Positions 35,635 through 49,500 of a stretch of DNA of 64,000 nucleotides are shown here, piece after piece. The DNA is from Chiloscyllium plagiosum (taxonomy: Eukaryota), in assembly GCF_004010195.1 (NCBI RefSeq), contig NC_057720.1:34387453-34451452 (forward strand), in the 5' to 3' direction. The notes below the pieces were generated by a model. It ran no database searches. It was given only the letters and a program-made list of their open reading frames with translations, and was not told the origin of the DNA. Positions within the stretch are counted from its first letter, which is position 1. Each line of letters opens with the position of its first letter. The translations under genes and the position numbers were made by a program.

Positions 35635-37232
35635 TTAAACAATCTAAAGTAAACAAAAGTCCATTAGTGGTGCACACAAGCCCATTCACTGTAAAGTCAG
35701 GCTTCAAAAAATGTTTTAAAAGAAATCAACATGACGACAGAAATATGTACAAGTTAAATTTTGACTTCAAGCACACAGAAAACCCACCGGTTACTAACCC
35801 AGAAACCTAAATTGGCAATAAATAATAGATAAATTCTGCAGCTAACATCACAGCACTGACATGCACATCAATGCCCAGTTTCCTTCCAGTACAAAATTGT
35901 GATCTCTGTAAAGGGGGTTGTGCATTATTGGGCAACTCATTCATTAACCCTATTGTGCTTGTTTCTTTTCCTGCATAGTACTTTGTTAAAGAGCTGGGTC
36001 TATAAAATACAACACACATTTTGTGCCCCAGGTGCAATCTGCTGCAACTTGGCACATGAAATTGGCGTTGAGCAGTGGCAAGTTCCTATAGAGATGTCAG
36101 GACTTACATGGCTGTTCAATTGATTTATTATTTATTCTTTTCAAAGTTTCTACAACACTTGGCTTTACGGTGAAGTTTAGTGGGTCATGGGGAAATGATG
36201 GAGAACAGGACTTGATGAGTCACTTTTGCAGCAAGTTGATATACACATGAAGAGCTTAGTGCTTTCTTCTATTCTGAAGCCATTCTATGTTTTTTATGAA
36301 TTTTCTGCAGCTGTTGAATCCTCAAGAACTAACACTTATTATCTTCTAAGGCACTTTTCCTGGTTAGGAGCATAGAAGTCCCTTCAATACTGACAGTTAC
36401 TTTTAATTCAGATAAATGTAACATTCAGCTTTCTGTATTTGATATGAATTGACCATCCCACAGCTCAAAATGGACTTATCTGTTTGTCAAAAAGAGACAT
36501 TTTATAGCTTCTACAAGGCACATTACAGATAATCATCTACTAAATTTTAAATTAAATGAACGACTGCTCTATGAAAGTTGTTTTGAAAACCAACATTTTG
36601 ACAGTCACCTTAGCAAATTGCACTACACAAGCAAACTGCACTACAAAAGAACGCCCATTTACAATCATCTCCATGAACAGCAGTAGTTTATACAACAACA
36701 TTCACTATTATCAAGTATCCCCAATCATTAGTTTTCCTTCTTTTCAAAATTGTCTACCCTTTGTCTAAACAATTTCAATTTGTTTTTCCTTTGAATCGCC
36801 ATGTCTATTCTCTTTATCATAATGAAGGAGACATGAGATGGCACCATGGATTCTGGTCTAGTGAATCCTACTTGTCGACTTAGCTGCTTCTGATTTGGCA
36901 AAGTTAAAAAAATAAATCAACCCAAGCAAATATGAGTGAATAATCTGGTATTTCAATCTGTTCCGCTGCATTACACTTTGCCAGTATCTCAACTGTACAG
37001 ATTGGGGTGGACCAAGTCAGAAGTCACATGCCACCAAAATGGGTGCCCAGCAGTTCTTACTGGTAAGCTGCTGTCAGAAAAGTAACATGGGGATCTGTTT
37101 TGGGTGTCCCGTCTATCCATTAGAGGCATCCTGCAAAGTCAATCCCCCTTTAACTCTTGCCCCAATCACTCAAGTACCCACCTCATTGGAGTCTGCTGGC
37201 CAGGTCCAACTGATACCCTGGATTTATCTTCA

Positions 37233-37322
37233 AGGTAAAAACAATGACTGCAGATGCTGGAAACCAGATTAGAGTGGTGCTGGAAAAGCACAGCAGTTCA
37301 GGAAACATCCGAGGAGCAGGAT
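37233..37322 (-). mobile_element. 90-bp PLE terminal insertion
   Basis: 15-bp TSD CTGGATTTATCTTCA (37218-32, 37323-37); end matches the 29967 PLE terminus. Confidence 0.85.
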
Positions 37323-37369
37323 CTGGATTTATCTTCAGTCCAGGAACTGAATTGATCATCTAGTGACAC

Positions 37370-37690
37370 TGGGCAATTAATCCAGAACCCCAGCTAATAT
37401 TGTGGTGAGATGCATTCAAATTGCACCATGACAGATGTGAAATTTCATTTTAATTATGAAGTCAGGAATAAAAGCTAGCTTAATAGAGAATAAGTAACCA
37501 CTGTCAATTGTTGTGTTCACTATTGTTCTCTAGGGATGGAAATCTTCTATTATGAGCGGGTCTGGCTCATATGTGATTCCAACCCATGGCAGTGTGAATG
37601 ACACCAAGCAGCCTTCTAGGCAATTAGGGATGGGTAATAAATGTTGACTTCAAAAGTGATAGCCATGTCCCACGACTGAATAAAACAAAG
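37370..37690 (+). mobile_element. SINE-like repeat sharing its 3' end with the second LINE family (another copy ~50480-50715)
   Basis: GCAATTAGGGATGGG.AATAAATG end; body similar to the 50.5 kb copy. Confidence 0.6.
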
Positions 37691-38314
37691 CTTCCACCTT
37701 CCATGACCTTCAGCTTCTGGTTATAGTCCCAGCGTCTGGTTATAGTCCCACTTAAACCTGCCTCTGGTGGGATAACAGAGCTATCAGACAATCAGATTGG
37801 TCAGCAGCTTTATAAAACAGGACTTCTTCCCCAAATGGGGGCGAAAGTCCTGTCTTGATCCAATTAACACCCGCTAAATGCAAAATAGCTGAGGGCAGCT
37901 GTCTTTCCAGTGGGTGGGCTTCCTGACCAACTTTTTATTCTGGGTGGAGTACATTGTGCCCTGTAAAATATTGAACCGCATTTCAAATGCAACTCAGTCC
38001 TTCTAGCTCATTATTTCCCTTTACATCACAAAGCACATCCTCAAAAACCCTCTTCAGCCTACCATTGTGTCTTCTTCACTTTATGGCCCTTCTGTTAAAC
38101 AGCCATATGTTCCCCCTCCTATACATTAAAGAGTCTCAGATGCCTTTCCACATATGCAGACTGTTATAGGAAAGCAAGTTGTTAGCCGTAATTTATAAAC
38201 TGCAAAACTGCAAAACATGTAAAGTGCCTTGCTTTTAATTACCGGGTAGAGACTCTGAAATATTGAATTCACATTCACTAGAATTGACTAAAATAAGAAG
38301 TCAGTCCTGAAGCA

Positions 38315-38520
38315 CCATGATGTGGAGATGCTAATGTTGGACTGGGGTGGGCTGAGTCAGAAGTCACATGCCATCAGATTATATTCCAACAAGTTTATTT
38401 AAAAATCACAAGCTATTGCAGCACTGCTCCAACAGGCGAAATCACTTCACCTGACGAAGGAGCAGTGCTCCGAAAGCTTATGATTTTAAATAAACCTGTT
38501 GGTTTCGTGTGATTTCAGAT
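38315..38520. mobile_element. Inverted terminal pieces of a second PLE family with hammerhead motif
   Basis: Inverted arms ~38385-38436 and ~38447-38502; CUGACGA-A-GGAGC-AGU-GCUCC-GAAA-G-CUU at 38451-38479. Confidence 0.7.
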
Positions 38521-40079
38521 TTACTACTGAAAAGCTTCAAGCGATTCTTTGAGTAAAAGTGTGTTACCTGACTACCTAAACATTGGTCTATTTGCACAGT
38601 TCATTAGAGTACAAACATTCCCACTTCTTGCCTTTCCTTTAAAAAAGCAAAAACAAATTGTTGAAAAGCTATAACAGTGATTGGACTTGACTTTGCATCT
38701 CTTTCTCTGAGCTCAGCCAGTCAAAGACCATTAAAAGCAGAATGCTGCACAGCCACCTAGAATGTTACATACAAAAACACTCCACTTTCCATTCACAGGC
38801 TGGCCTTAAAGAGGCTTTCTCTATTCGCAGCATGAAGCTTCATTTGCAAATTAAACAAGAAGCTTTACTGTGGAAAAAATGAAAATCACTTCCAACTAAC
38901 AAACATATCATTTGTTTATCTTACTCAACTATCAAATGTGTTGAATCTCCTGACAAACCTGCAGACCATTCTGAAGTCAAGCTTCATTTTCAAGGGATGG
39001 GGGTATGTAAAATATCTGCAGCTGGCTCACCATTACCTCCAAAGACAGACATTAAAGTTGGGAAGCTGTGCTTTGAGGATGTTGCTTTCTTTGTTAATAG
39101 TCATGTATATTACAATACAGACATTTGTTGCTTATCAGAAACTGGAGGCTATAAAATGCTGGTACAGTGCTGTAAGCATTTGTCACATAGCTTTTATAAA
39201 CAGGCCGCTCTTTAAAGCTTGCCGTCTCCAGGCACTCATATAGAGTAAAATATGAGATAATATTGTCAATAGTAGCTGGTGTGCAAGTTTCAAAGTTGCT
39301 AACATGATTATATAACTGAGCTTTTGAGAAACCACTGCCTTTCACTGCTATGAGAGGTCAAAATATAATGATTGTTTGTAGAGTATTCGAAGAATTACTC
39401 AACTGAGAGGTCAGCGATTCCATGTAATTGGATTGGAGAGGTCAACATATTGCACAAAGAAAGTAGGAATACACCCCACTTACCCCTGAAGCAAGTGAAT
39501 GAGGTTGACTGTGATTAGATGTGCTCTCCAAAATGATCTGGTGAACCCATTAGGTTCAACTGCAATATGAGGCAGGCAACAGTGAAGGTCAATCATGTCT
39601 TCTGCATCAGTACAGTTAATTTTAGGTTATTTGCTTGTGGGTATGGTTGCTATGGGAAAAGAACCAGCCCACCTAGCCCTCGTAGCCCTACAAAAACTGA
39701 TGAAAACTCAATGAATTCGGTGCATTCTGAATATCAGAATAGCTATGGTCCCTAGGCTTCACTTTAGTATGGTATCTTTCTGTTGAACAGAGGACAGGTA
39801 ATTTTTCAGATATCCATTCAATGAAAGGGCGACAATAGAGCTTCCTGTCAGGACTATCATTCAAGGGTATTAGCTCATAAAATTTACTTAAGTAAGAAAT
39901 TGTGACATTGAAGGCAAAATAAAATTACTTGATGCTTCATAACATAAAATACTCCATATTATTTGTCCAACTTGTTAATAGCAAGTATTTATGTTAAAAA
40001 CTGTGATGTCCCCCTCCTGTTCTTTGTCCACCTAATATAAATTACTACTGTTAACAGAAAGTGCTAAAAAAATACACTT

Positions 40080-40870
40080 TTAACAAAGTTACATTTCAAA
40101 TACAAAAAATACTCTACAAGAAGGTTATGCCATCCATGGCTAAGCAAGGAAGTTGGTTATCAGAAATGGTTTCAAATTGAAAGAAAGGCACAGGATTAAA
40201 AATTAGTGGTAGGCAAAAGATTATGAAATTTATAGATGAATAAAAGAATGATAGATAAAGAAAATACATTATGGGGAGGTGAGCAAGGCATTAAAAAATA
40301 AAATCAGTAGCCAACATTGGCTTTTAAGTGATGAGGCTGGGAAATTAATAATGGCAATAAAATGAAGGAGATAGTGAACAACTATCTTATGTTTTCTCTC
40401 ACACTACACAGAAACTAAAAGTATCCCAATAGTAGTAGAAAATCAGAGGGCAACAGGGAGGAAGAAATTAAAACAATCATTATACCTAAAGAAAGGTCCC
40501 TGGAACTTGTGTCCTGCATTGTTGGATATTAAAATAGAAACTGAGGTGGGAGATACATTGTTTGCAGTCTTCCAATTTTATGTAGATTCTGAAATGGTCA
40601 CAGTGTATTGGAAGTCAATTGTATTAAAGGAGGGATGAAGACAGAAAGCAGGAAACTTTAAGCTAATTAAGCCTAATAACAATAATTGGAAAATGCTGGA
40701 ATCAATGATTAAAGAAGTCATAGCAGAGTATGTCATGATATAATCAAGCAGAGTTGACCCGGATTTACAGAAGTGAAGTCATGTTTGACATATAAACTGG
40801 TTCTCTTTGAGGATGTAAATGAACAGTTTTGGATAAAGGGATACAAGTAAGATATACAGCTGATTCTCAC
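40080..40870 (+). mobile_element. Highly decayed CR1 ORF2 fragment
   Basis: Collinear similarity to 16.3-16.5 kb and 18.3-18.7 kb LINE sequence. Confidence 0.65.
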
Positions 40871-40894
40871 ACTTTTTGGGCCACTTTTTGGACA

Positions 40895-41068
40895 TTCTAA
40901 AGATGAGCAGGTCAGGTGAATTGTCCATGTTAAATTGCCCATATATTAGGTGTTTTAGTAAGGAGTAAATGTAGTGGAATGGATCTGGGTGGGTTACTCT
41001 TCGAAGGGTTGGTGTGGATTTGTCAGGCCAAATGCCCTGTTTCCACACTGTACGGAATCTAATCTAAT
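40895..41068 (+). mobile_element. HE1-type SINE 3' part
   Basis: GCAGGTCAGGTGAATTG...CTGTTTCCACACTGTA, (AATCT)n tail. Confidence 0.85.
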
Positions 41069-41231
41069 CGCCAGTTGCATTGAATTTTTTTGGAAGTTTT
41101 TTTTGCCATGAGATCTAGGGAGATTACTTGCCATGTCTTTCCAATTTCACTTCATCAATAATCTACCTCACCCCATAGCATCTTTCACATCCAATTCTAC
41201 TGCCATCTTAACACACGCCATTCTTCAAGCA

Positions 41232-41410
41232 GGAGAAAGTGAGGACTGCAGATCCTGGAGATCAGAGTCGAGAGTGTAATGCTGGAAAAGCACAGCAGGT
41301 CAGGCAGCATTCGAGGCGCAAGGGAGGGCTTATGCCCGAAACATTAACTCTTCTGCTCCTCGGATGCTGCCTGACCTGCTGTGCTTTTCCAGCACCACTC
41401 TCTCGACACT
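41232..41410. mobile_element. Palindromic PLE terminal insertion, centre deleted
   Basis: Inverted arms like 19712-19930; only GGGCTTATGCCCGAAAC of the ribozyme remains. Confidence 0.8.
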
Positions 41411-41479
41411 CTTTTTGAAGCAACTTGCCACTGAACCGATATCTCTCAAAAGATTAGCATCCTTGAGTCCCACACCATA

Positions 41480-42745
41480 TTTTAAAAAGTCCTCATTCTG
41501 GAGATGGTGAAGGAGAGGTTTGCAACATGATTCTTGGTCAGGAACATGGAGGGAGTGGTCCACAGGATGGAGGCCTATCCTCAGAGGACCACAGAGAAGC
41601 AAGCAACACCAGACCCTGGCAGCTTGGTTTGAGGCAGCCATCCAGACTAGTGTGGTTTAGAAGGTCTGGAGGGATAGCTAGCAGTGGCACAAGGACTTCA
41701 CTGCCCACCATTGTAAATGCCACACTCTTCTCTCTGCTATTTCATATTCACAGTTTCAGTAGCAGGGACAATCACCTACCAAAGCTCATGTTCTGCCACT
41801 CTCGCCACTGCCTATGTCACCTTCCCTCACACTCCCCAACAGCACCCTCTAACATTTCAGGCCACTAATTCTGCATGATCCCTGCACTGCCTACTCACCC
41901 ACCAACTACACCACATTTCAAGGCTGTGCACCAGCACTACCAGCCTATGCCACCCACTTTCATCTCACTCATTCCCTTTGTTTCTCTCTTTCCAGGAGAA
42001 GACAGCCCACAATAGGGCAGAAGGAGTCTGAATGGGTGATAAAGTGTCTGGCATCAAGTCCTACAGAAGGAGAAGATCCGATCCCTCAAGAAAAACCAGA
42101 GCCACCAACCAAGTATCACTCTACTCCACTGCAACTCTCACAATAACTTACACCATTGTCATTTATTGCAAACCACTTCTAACCATTGCTCAGTACACCT
42201 TCTCTCTCTCTGACATGCAGGTACCAGTGGGATGTCAACAACCTAAGCAGAGTAGCCTGCTTCATTATAAGCCACCTCCTTGACCTCTAAAAGACTACAG
42301 TACCCAGGCCTCCGAGGAAGTATTGCAAGGCTGCTTCCTGCTCCCCAACCAAGTCAGATACTGACATCTCAGTGTGAATGACAGGCTTAGAAAGTGTGAG
42401 AAAACACACTGGTGAGCACCTTACTACAATAGTTCCACAGCCAACTGAGGAAGGAACACCCCAGGCTGCTTGTACGTGGAGACCAGGCATCTGCTCTGCG
42501 CCAGGCTGGTGATGTGTTGGCAAATAGGGACTTAATCCCTGTGAGGAACAGGATTGGCAGACAGGTATGTGAGACAATGGCCTTCAGTAACCAGAAACTG
42601 TAGGAGTTCACATTGTGGAGACCATCCGTAGGTTGGCATCTGCCATAGAACAGCAGGTCCAGCACTCTCTAGTAACGTGCGCACATGCTGTGACCAATGG
42701 TGTGTCACCGGGATAGGTGCTGAGACCTTGTTGCTTTTTATGAAC
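41480..42745 (+). mobile_element. Decayed Harbinger/PIF-type Myb/SANT (NAIF1-like) gene relic
   Basis: Manual translation gives AAWFEAAIQTSVV*KVWRDS*QWHK (~41620-41695), then after the acceptor TTTCCAG at ~41995, EKTAHNRAEGV*MG. This resembles the W..VA..VS.....R...QC.KK / K.AHN.RE..KTGGG pattern. Confidence 0.55.
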
Positions 42746-43642
42746 ATTGATGACTTGGATGTGAAGAAGGTATAATTAGTAAGTTTGCAGATGACATAAA
42801 AATTGGTAATGGTGTTGATAGTGAGGTGGAGGGTCTCAGGCTACACTCTGATAATTGATCAGCCGGTAAGTTGGGTTGAGCAATGGCAGTTAGTATTTAA
42901 TCTCGATATGTCCAAGGTGACACATCTTGAAAGGTCCAATAAGAGAAGGATGTGCACAATAATGGTAGGTCACGAAGGACTTCTGCAGAACAAAGAGACC
43001 ATGTTGTACAAGTCCATAGATCCCTGAAGTGTCAGCACAGACAGAGTGGTGAAGAAGGCATATAGGATGCTTGCCTTCATTAACTGAGGTATGGAAAAGA
43101 GGAGCAAGCAAGTCTTGTCAGAAGTTGATAAAACATTGGTTTTGCCACAGATGGAGTACTGTATGTAGTTCTGATCACCATATTATTGGAAGGACTCAAT
43201 TGCACTGCAGAGCTTGCAGAGGAGATTCACCAAGAATATGCCTGGGCTGAAGGAGCAGGGGAAGCTGAAGGGGATCTGACTGAAGTATACAGAATTATAA
43301 CAGGCATAGACAGAAGAGATCGTAACAATCCTTTCCCCATTGCAGATGTGTAAAAGTCCAGAGTGAACAAGTTTAAGATGAGAGGTAAGTGGTTTAGATG
43401 GAATTTAAGAAAAAAAATCACCCAAAGGGTGGTAGAAATATGGAACATGATGCCTGAGAAAGTGGTGGAGGCAGGTAATCTCTCAACATTTAAGAAGCAT
43501 CTGGATAAGCACTTAAAATACTAGAGTATATTATGTTATGGACCAAAAGCAGGTAAATGAGATTAGTGCAGCTTGGTGTTTGTTGGTCGGCAGATATAGT
43601 GGGCGTAAGGGCCTGTTTCTCTACTGTATGATAATATGACTC
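42745..43642 (+). mobile_element. Decayed CR1 RT/3' fragment
   Basis: AGTAAGTTTGCAGATGAC (SKFADD) through GGGCCTGTTTCT 3' end. Confidence 0.85.
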
Positions 43643-44056
43643 CATAACCTCACATTTGTTGGTGAGCGCTCAAACATCCAGGTCCCTTTCCCATCGCTCA
43701 TCCTGTGAACCCCAAAGACTTCATGCCTATCCAGATCCCTACCCAATCTCACTCATGAGCCTGCCCATGCTCACCTCATTACCCCTCAACCACCAGAGAC
43801 CCCTGTTATATGAGCTGACCATGCCAGATGTGGTCATTAACTGAGCGTCCACCCAAAGTCAGGGTGCTCTTGACCTTGGATAAAGACCTCTTCTGCATTA
43901 CCCTGTTTCTGTCCCTGCTTCAACGTATGTAACACCTTACAATACAATTTCCTTCTGCAAAACTGTCATCTCTCCTTGTCCCCTGCCTGCAGTCCCCAGT
44001 GCCCTTGGAGCCTCCTTCATGCAATGTGAACTGGGTGTCTGGCCCTGTGTTCAACA

Positions 44057-44236
44057 ACAGTAGATAGGCAGGAGGCTGGGAGAATACAACAAGCCAGGCA
44101 GCATCAGGTGGTGTGGATGTCAACGTTTCAAGTGTGATCTTCTGCACCTCCTGATGCTGCCTGGCTTGCTGTGTTCTTCCAGCTTCCTGCCCATCTACTT
44201 GGGATTCCAGCATCCGCAGTTTCTTTGTCTCTAACT
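44057..44236. mobile_element. Palindromic PLE-type terminal insertion, third variant
   Basis: Inverted arms AGTAGATAGGCAGGAGGCTGG...GCAGCATCAGG / CCTGATGCTGC...CCTGCCCATCTACT; ends CCAGCATCCGCAGTTTCTTTG. Confidence 0.7.
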
Positions 44237-45012
44237 TGTATTCTTCAGCAGCATTTCAATGCTAGTTGCCAATGCACCCTGCAATGCAGCTTTGTGCTTT
44301 AGTCGGGTCCTGCAATTGGGGAGATGCCATGAGCATCTTGAGGGGTTAGCGAAGGTGGGATGTCAATGTAAATGTCTGTGAATGAGGGGCACATGCAGCT
44401 AGTGCCCATGGATGTAGCCTGAGATGCTGTTTTGTGGTGATTAACAGGGAGGCTCCTCACAGCCAGCAGCAAGCTGAAGTCACCACACCCTTTCTGTCTT
44501 CCATGTTGAGAATGTGCAGTATTTAGTTTGCTGGCAGCAGGTGTTAAGAGCATGAAGCTGAAGAATAATGAGGTGAGTTGTGTCATTGGTAAAGCATGTA
44601 ATAATGTTAATCATCCTTAACTGGCAATTTGCCACTGCCTGGCAAGAAACTGGTCTCGCCACATGGCAAATGCATGGAATCAGCAAGTTACTCTTGATAT
44701 CGAGATAAACCTTGTCAGATTTCTTAAACAATTTTGTCACAAATCTCGTCATTGCCCACAGTGATCAGGCTCCTGATAGTTTCCATATTTATTTAGATTT
44801 CTGAAGGCGTTCAGTAAGATATCAATAAAGGTTCATTGCACAACTAAGATCTTGTGGTGTTTGAGGCCATATATTTGCATATATAGAGATCGGACTTACT
44901 TTACAGGAAATACAGTCTGGAAAAGTGGGTCATTTTCAGATTGGCAGACTGTAACCAGTGGGGTGCTGCAGGCATCAGTGTTACAGCCTCAATTATTTAC
45001 AATCCATATCAA

Positions 45013-45318
45013 TGGACGGTACAGTTAGCACTGCTGCCTCACAGCGCCAAAGATGCGGGTTCAATTCCTGCCTCAGGCGACTGACTGTGTGGAGTTTGCA
45101 CATTCTTCCCGAGCCTGCGTGGGTTTCCTCCGGGTGCTCCAGTTTCCTCCCACAGTCCAAAAAATGTGCAGATTAGGTGAATTGGCCATGCTAAATTGCC
45201 CATAGTGTTAGGTGAAGGGGTAAATGTAGGGGGATGGGTCTGGGTGGGTTGCGCTTCGGCGGGTCGGTGTGGACTTGTTGGGCCGAAGGGCCTGTTTCCA
45301 CACTGTAAGTAATCTAAT
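45013..45318 (+). mobile_element. HE1-type SINE (young, CpG-retaining)
   Basis: GTTAGCACTGCTGCCTCACAGCGCC...GGGCCGAAGGGCCTGTTTCCACACTG, AATCTAAT. Confidence 0.92.
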
Positions 45319-46245
45319 TACTTTAAGAAAGGAACTGAGTGTATCACAGCCAAATTTGCTGATGAGACAAAGATAAGTGGCAAACTAATTGCAAAGAGGA
45401 TACAAAAAGTCTGCAAAGGAATGTGCATAGGATAAGTTAGGAAGCAAAGTTTTGGCAAATGTGAGAAAATGTAAGATTATTCACTTTGGTAGGAAGAACA
45501 TAAAAGCAAAATATCGCTTAAATGGAGTAAGAGAGAGATCACAAAATTCTGTGGCAGAGAGAGGTGTAGGAATACTTGTATTTGAAATACCCGTAGTATT
45601 CAAAGACATTAAGCATTAGGAAGGCAAAAGGAATATTGGCATTTTTTGCCAGGTGAGTGCAACAGAAAACTGAGTTCCTTTTATCTACAATTGTGTATGG
45701 CACCTGAATTAAGGAGGGAGATACTCACATTAGAAACAATTCAGGGAATTGTTTTTTGTTCACTCATGGAATGGTGAACATGAGTTGGCCAGCATTTATT
45801 TTCCGTCCCTAATTGCCCTTGAGAAGGTGATAGTGAGCTGTCTTCTTGAGCTACTGCGGCCCATGTGCTGTCCGTTGACTGACAATGCTGTTATAGAGGA
45901 ATTCCCGGATTTTGACCCAATGATACTGAAGGAACGGCAGTATATTCCGAAGTCAGTGGCCTGGAGGGGAACTTGGTGGTCTTCACCAGCTTGATTACTA
46001 CAATGATCTGGTTGGAAGAAAGGCTGGTTCTTGTGCAGACTGGGCATATATTCATGGGGGTTTAGAAGAATGAGAGGTAATCTCATTGAAAGGTGTAAGA
46101 TCTCTAATTTTAGATGGAGGTGAATAGGAATTTCTCTGTGAAAGCTGGATTATTAAATTTAAGGTTTAGTAAAATATCTTCTGGGGGAGTCAGGGGTTAT
46201 GGAAAACAGGCAACTGGAGTTGAGGTCAAATTCAAATCGGCCATG

Positions 46246-46566
46246 ATGGCACAGTCGCTCAGTGGTTAGCACTGCTGCCTCACAGCGCCAGGGACCTGGG
46301 TTTGAATCCTGCCTCGGGTAACTGTCTGTGTGGAGTTTGCACATTCTCCCCGTGTCTGCGTGCGTTTCCTCCGGGTGCTCTGGTTTCCTCTCACAATCCA
46401 AAGATGTGCAGGTCAGGTGAACTGGCCATGCTAAATTGCCCATAGTGTTCGGTGCATTAGTCATGGGTAAATGTAGGAAATGGGTCTGGGTGGATTGCTT
46501 TTTGGAGGGTCAGTGTGGACTTGTTTGGCCGAAGGGCCTGTTTCCACACTGTAGGTAATCTAATCA
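46246..46566 (+). mobile_element. HE1-type SINE
   Basis: Complete head (GCTCAGTGG, GGTTTGAATCC), body and tail. Confidence 0.92.
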
Positions 46567-49500
46567 TAAGGGAGTAGGCTCAAAGGGGCTGAATGACGTA
46601 TTTGCTCTTCCTTTATGCTCTTATATCAAGCAGTTTTGTCAGCTGAAATCTCTTCTTTGGAACATCGATTCTCTTTTTCTCTCCTAATTTTATTTCACTT
46701 CTCCCAGATTTGCAACTTTTTTGTCTGAACATGGGTAAAAAATAGACACGTGTCTAGAAAGAGGTGGATAGTCCACAGGTTTGCTTCTTACAGAAGGCCA
46801 ATGGCTGACATACACATCCTGGCAAAACTACTCTCCTTGGAGTTGTTTCTGCCTGGTACAATGTAGATAAATCAGATTTGGTCCAAAAATCCACATTTTT
46901 GCATCTCTACGTGTTTAACTTTGGGAGCTTTTCATTGAAAAGGTGATACCAAAATACTGAGAGTGTAGGTAGGAGGGCAAGGGCTACATATGAAAAACCG
47001 AGAAGTTGTGGTTATCTTACATTCTGTGACGGTATAACTCCAAGACCCTAATTTCTGGCCCAGATGGGTGCCTTACCTGAAAATCAGTCAGGTTGACTGG
47101 ACTTGGTTTCCAAGCTAGCCAGGAATATCTGGAGACCAGAACTAATCCTCCATAAGCAGGGCTGGAGGCAGCCATTGTACAGGCTTTGAAAGGAAGATAC
47201 AATCTAGGGAGGGTTTCAGTGACTGAGAGGAACAAATCTTCTACCTCCTGGCCCAATAACGTATACGAGACTTGCTGTGATTTGCTGGGGCACCCTAGTT
47301 AAATGGACCAATTTAAATCCAAGCACTTAAAATGTCAACTAACCTCCTGGTAGAGATTAGTTACTTGTCCTCCGCCCTACCTCAGTAAGACCAGGAAGTA
47401 AACAGATTGAAACATTCTTCTCGACCTACTTAGAAATTCTGCTCATTTAACACCACCCCCAATTAGCGTCCAAAACACCCAATCAACAGATGTTAAAATT
47501 CTGTCAATTACTTTAAAACTCTGCCAAAGCAATTAAACTAATAAAATATTATGGTACAATAGTTCATTTCCAATCAGCATGAATATCTGAAGTTTTTTTG
47601 ACTGAATGGCTTGTAAATCACAGGCACAACTTAAATGTTAATGCGCATTAACAAAACTAGAAAACATAAGATTGTGCAAGACTCTCGCTATGCTGATTCC
47701 AGTCTTATATGAAACAGGTTCATGAGTCCTTCCCATGAAACATTTAGTCACATGCAATAATAAGCGATGACTGTTGATAGACTCAGTTGTATCTCTTAAA
47801 TCCGAAAGTATTAAAAACATGAAAAACATTTTGCTCCAAGCTTACCCAAGTATAGCACACAAATCTTAAAATAAGTGACATGTTTACTGGTAAGTTTACT
47901 GGCACAGGAACTTGGAGGGAGTAGGTTAGATTTCAAGAATCTGACTGAATAGAAGGAAAATAACAGTCATCTTGACATTGGCAATTAGAAAGATAGGGAA
48001 TAGCTCTGCACTTAAGACGAAAAGATCACTTGAAATAGGAACAGGAGTAAGCCAGTCAGTCCCTCAAGTCTGCTCCGCCTTTCAATAGGATCATAGCTGA
48101 ACTGACATCACTCATATCCACTTTCCTGATTTTCCTCATTTCTTTTGATTTTTCCCATTTGATCACTTCATCTGTCAAGAGTTCCACATTTTTCCTTCAT
48201 GCCATATTGATTTTAATTCCATGAAATAAGTGTTTACTTTGTTAATTGTTTGGAATTTTCAAAAGTCTTTGATATGGTAACACATAATCAGTTATTGTAT
48301 AATATCAAAGCTTGTGAAATGAGGGGTTATGTATAGTTGGTAGATAGAAAGCAGAGGGTAGGCACAGAGGGTATCCAACTAAAATGGCATAGCTTGGGAG
48401 GTGTGATTCCACATGATCAGTTCTTGACCATTGCTGTTCACAACATATACTAACAACTTTGGACTCCATTATCAAAAATGTAATTCTAAATTAGGATGAT
48501 ACCAAATGGGGACTGCAGCAAATTAAAGAAGACATTAATAAACTTGCAGAATGGGCATATCATTGGCAAATGAATTTCAACAAAATCAGGCATTAAAGTT
48601 TGTTGAGAAAAAAATAAGGTGATATACAATTCCTTTAATGATATGCTTAATACTTGAATATTACTTAAAAATAAGAAACTAAATCAGACGGAGATGTGAA
48701 GAGAACATGGGTTACAAATACATAAATTATTGAATCATTGCTAGGAAAAGACATAAAGTTGAATATTTTCATCTTGCACTCATCAGGCCTGAAAGAAAGC
48801 TAAATTTAGAAATGAACTATCAACTCATCCAGCATAACAGAATTATGATTGGGCCACGATTAGCAAGGAGACGCAGCAAGAACTTTAACTGTTGCTCTTA
48901 GTTTACTGATGAAATATAATTGATATTACCTCTCTCCTTTCCTCATTGAAAATGGTGATATGTGTGGACATATTCCTTTTGGCTACAAAGGACAGGGTTC
49001 TGCATGTAACACAGATATCTGAACTCAAACCCTGGTGGATAACTTGTCAATTGCAAATGATTAGTAGCAATTGTCAGTTGTAAATGACTGGTGGCAAACT
49101 CATAGTGATTACTGTCAATGCTGCCACTCTTCAAAGGAAAGCTACAGCATGTCGTTTGTAACTTTTTTTTACCTCTCCCTGGAATATTGACTAGGAGACA
49201 CGTTTCAGCCTTCAAAACACACTTCATCATAATCATGATTTTGCCGAGTTTTGCCTGAGTGCTTGTAAGGTTTGCTTCTAGGAAGTCACTAATATTTGTT
49301 CTCCCACTGAGACCAGGGAATGCCAGTGAGGTAATGCTATTGGAATTTCCCTAATGCTCTTATGTGTCTGCAATGCATAATTGAGGTCTCACTGCAGCAC
49401 AGAAATGTGATGATAAAAACAGAACCATCCACTGCCTTGGTTGATGAATCAGTACTCCAGGTTGAACCACTTGAGGGAGGACTCAGAGTGCTGAATGTAC

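Larger units (their letters stand above)
44790..46625 (+). mobile_element. Old CR1 fragment hosting two HE1 SINEs and a LINE 3' piece (45750-45985, minus)
   Basis: GCCAAATTTGCTGATGA (AKFAD), TTTAGAAGAATGAGAGGT and 3' tail continue across the insertions. Confidence 0.75.
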
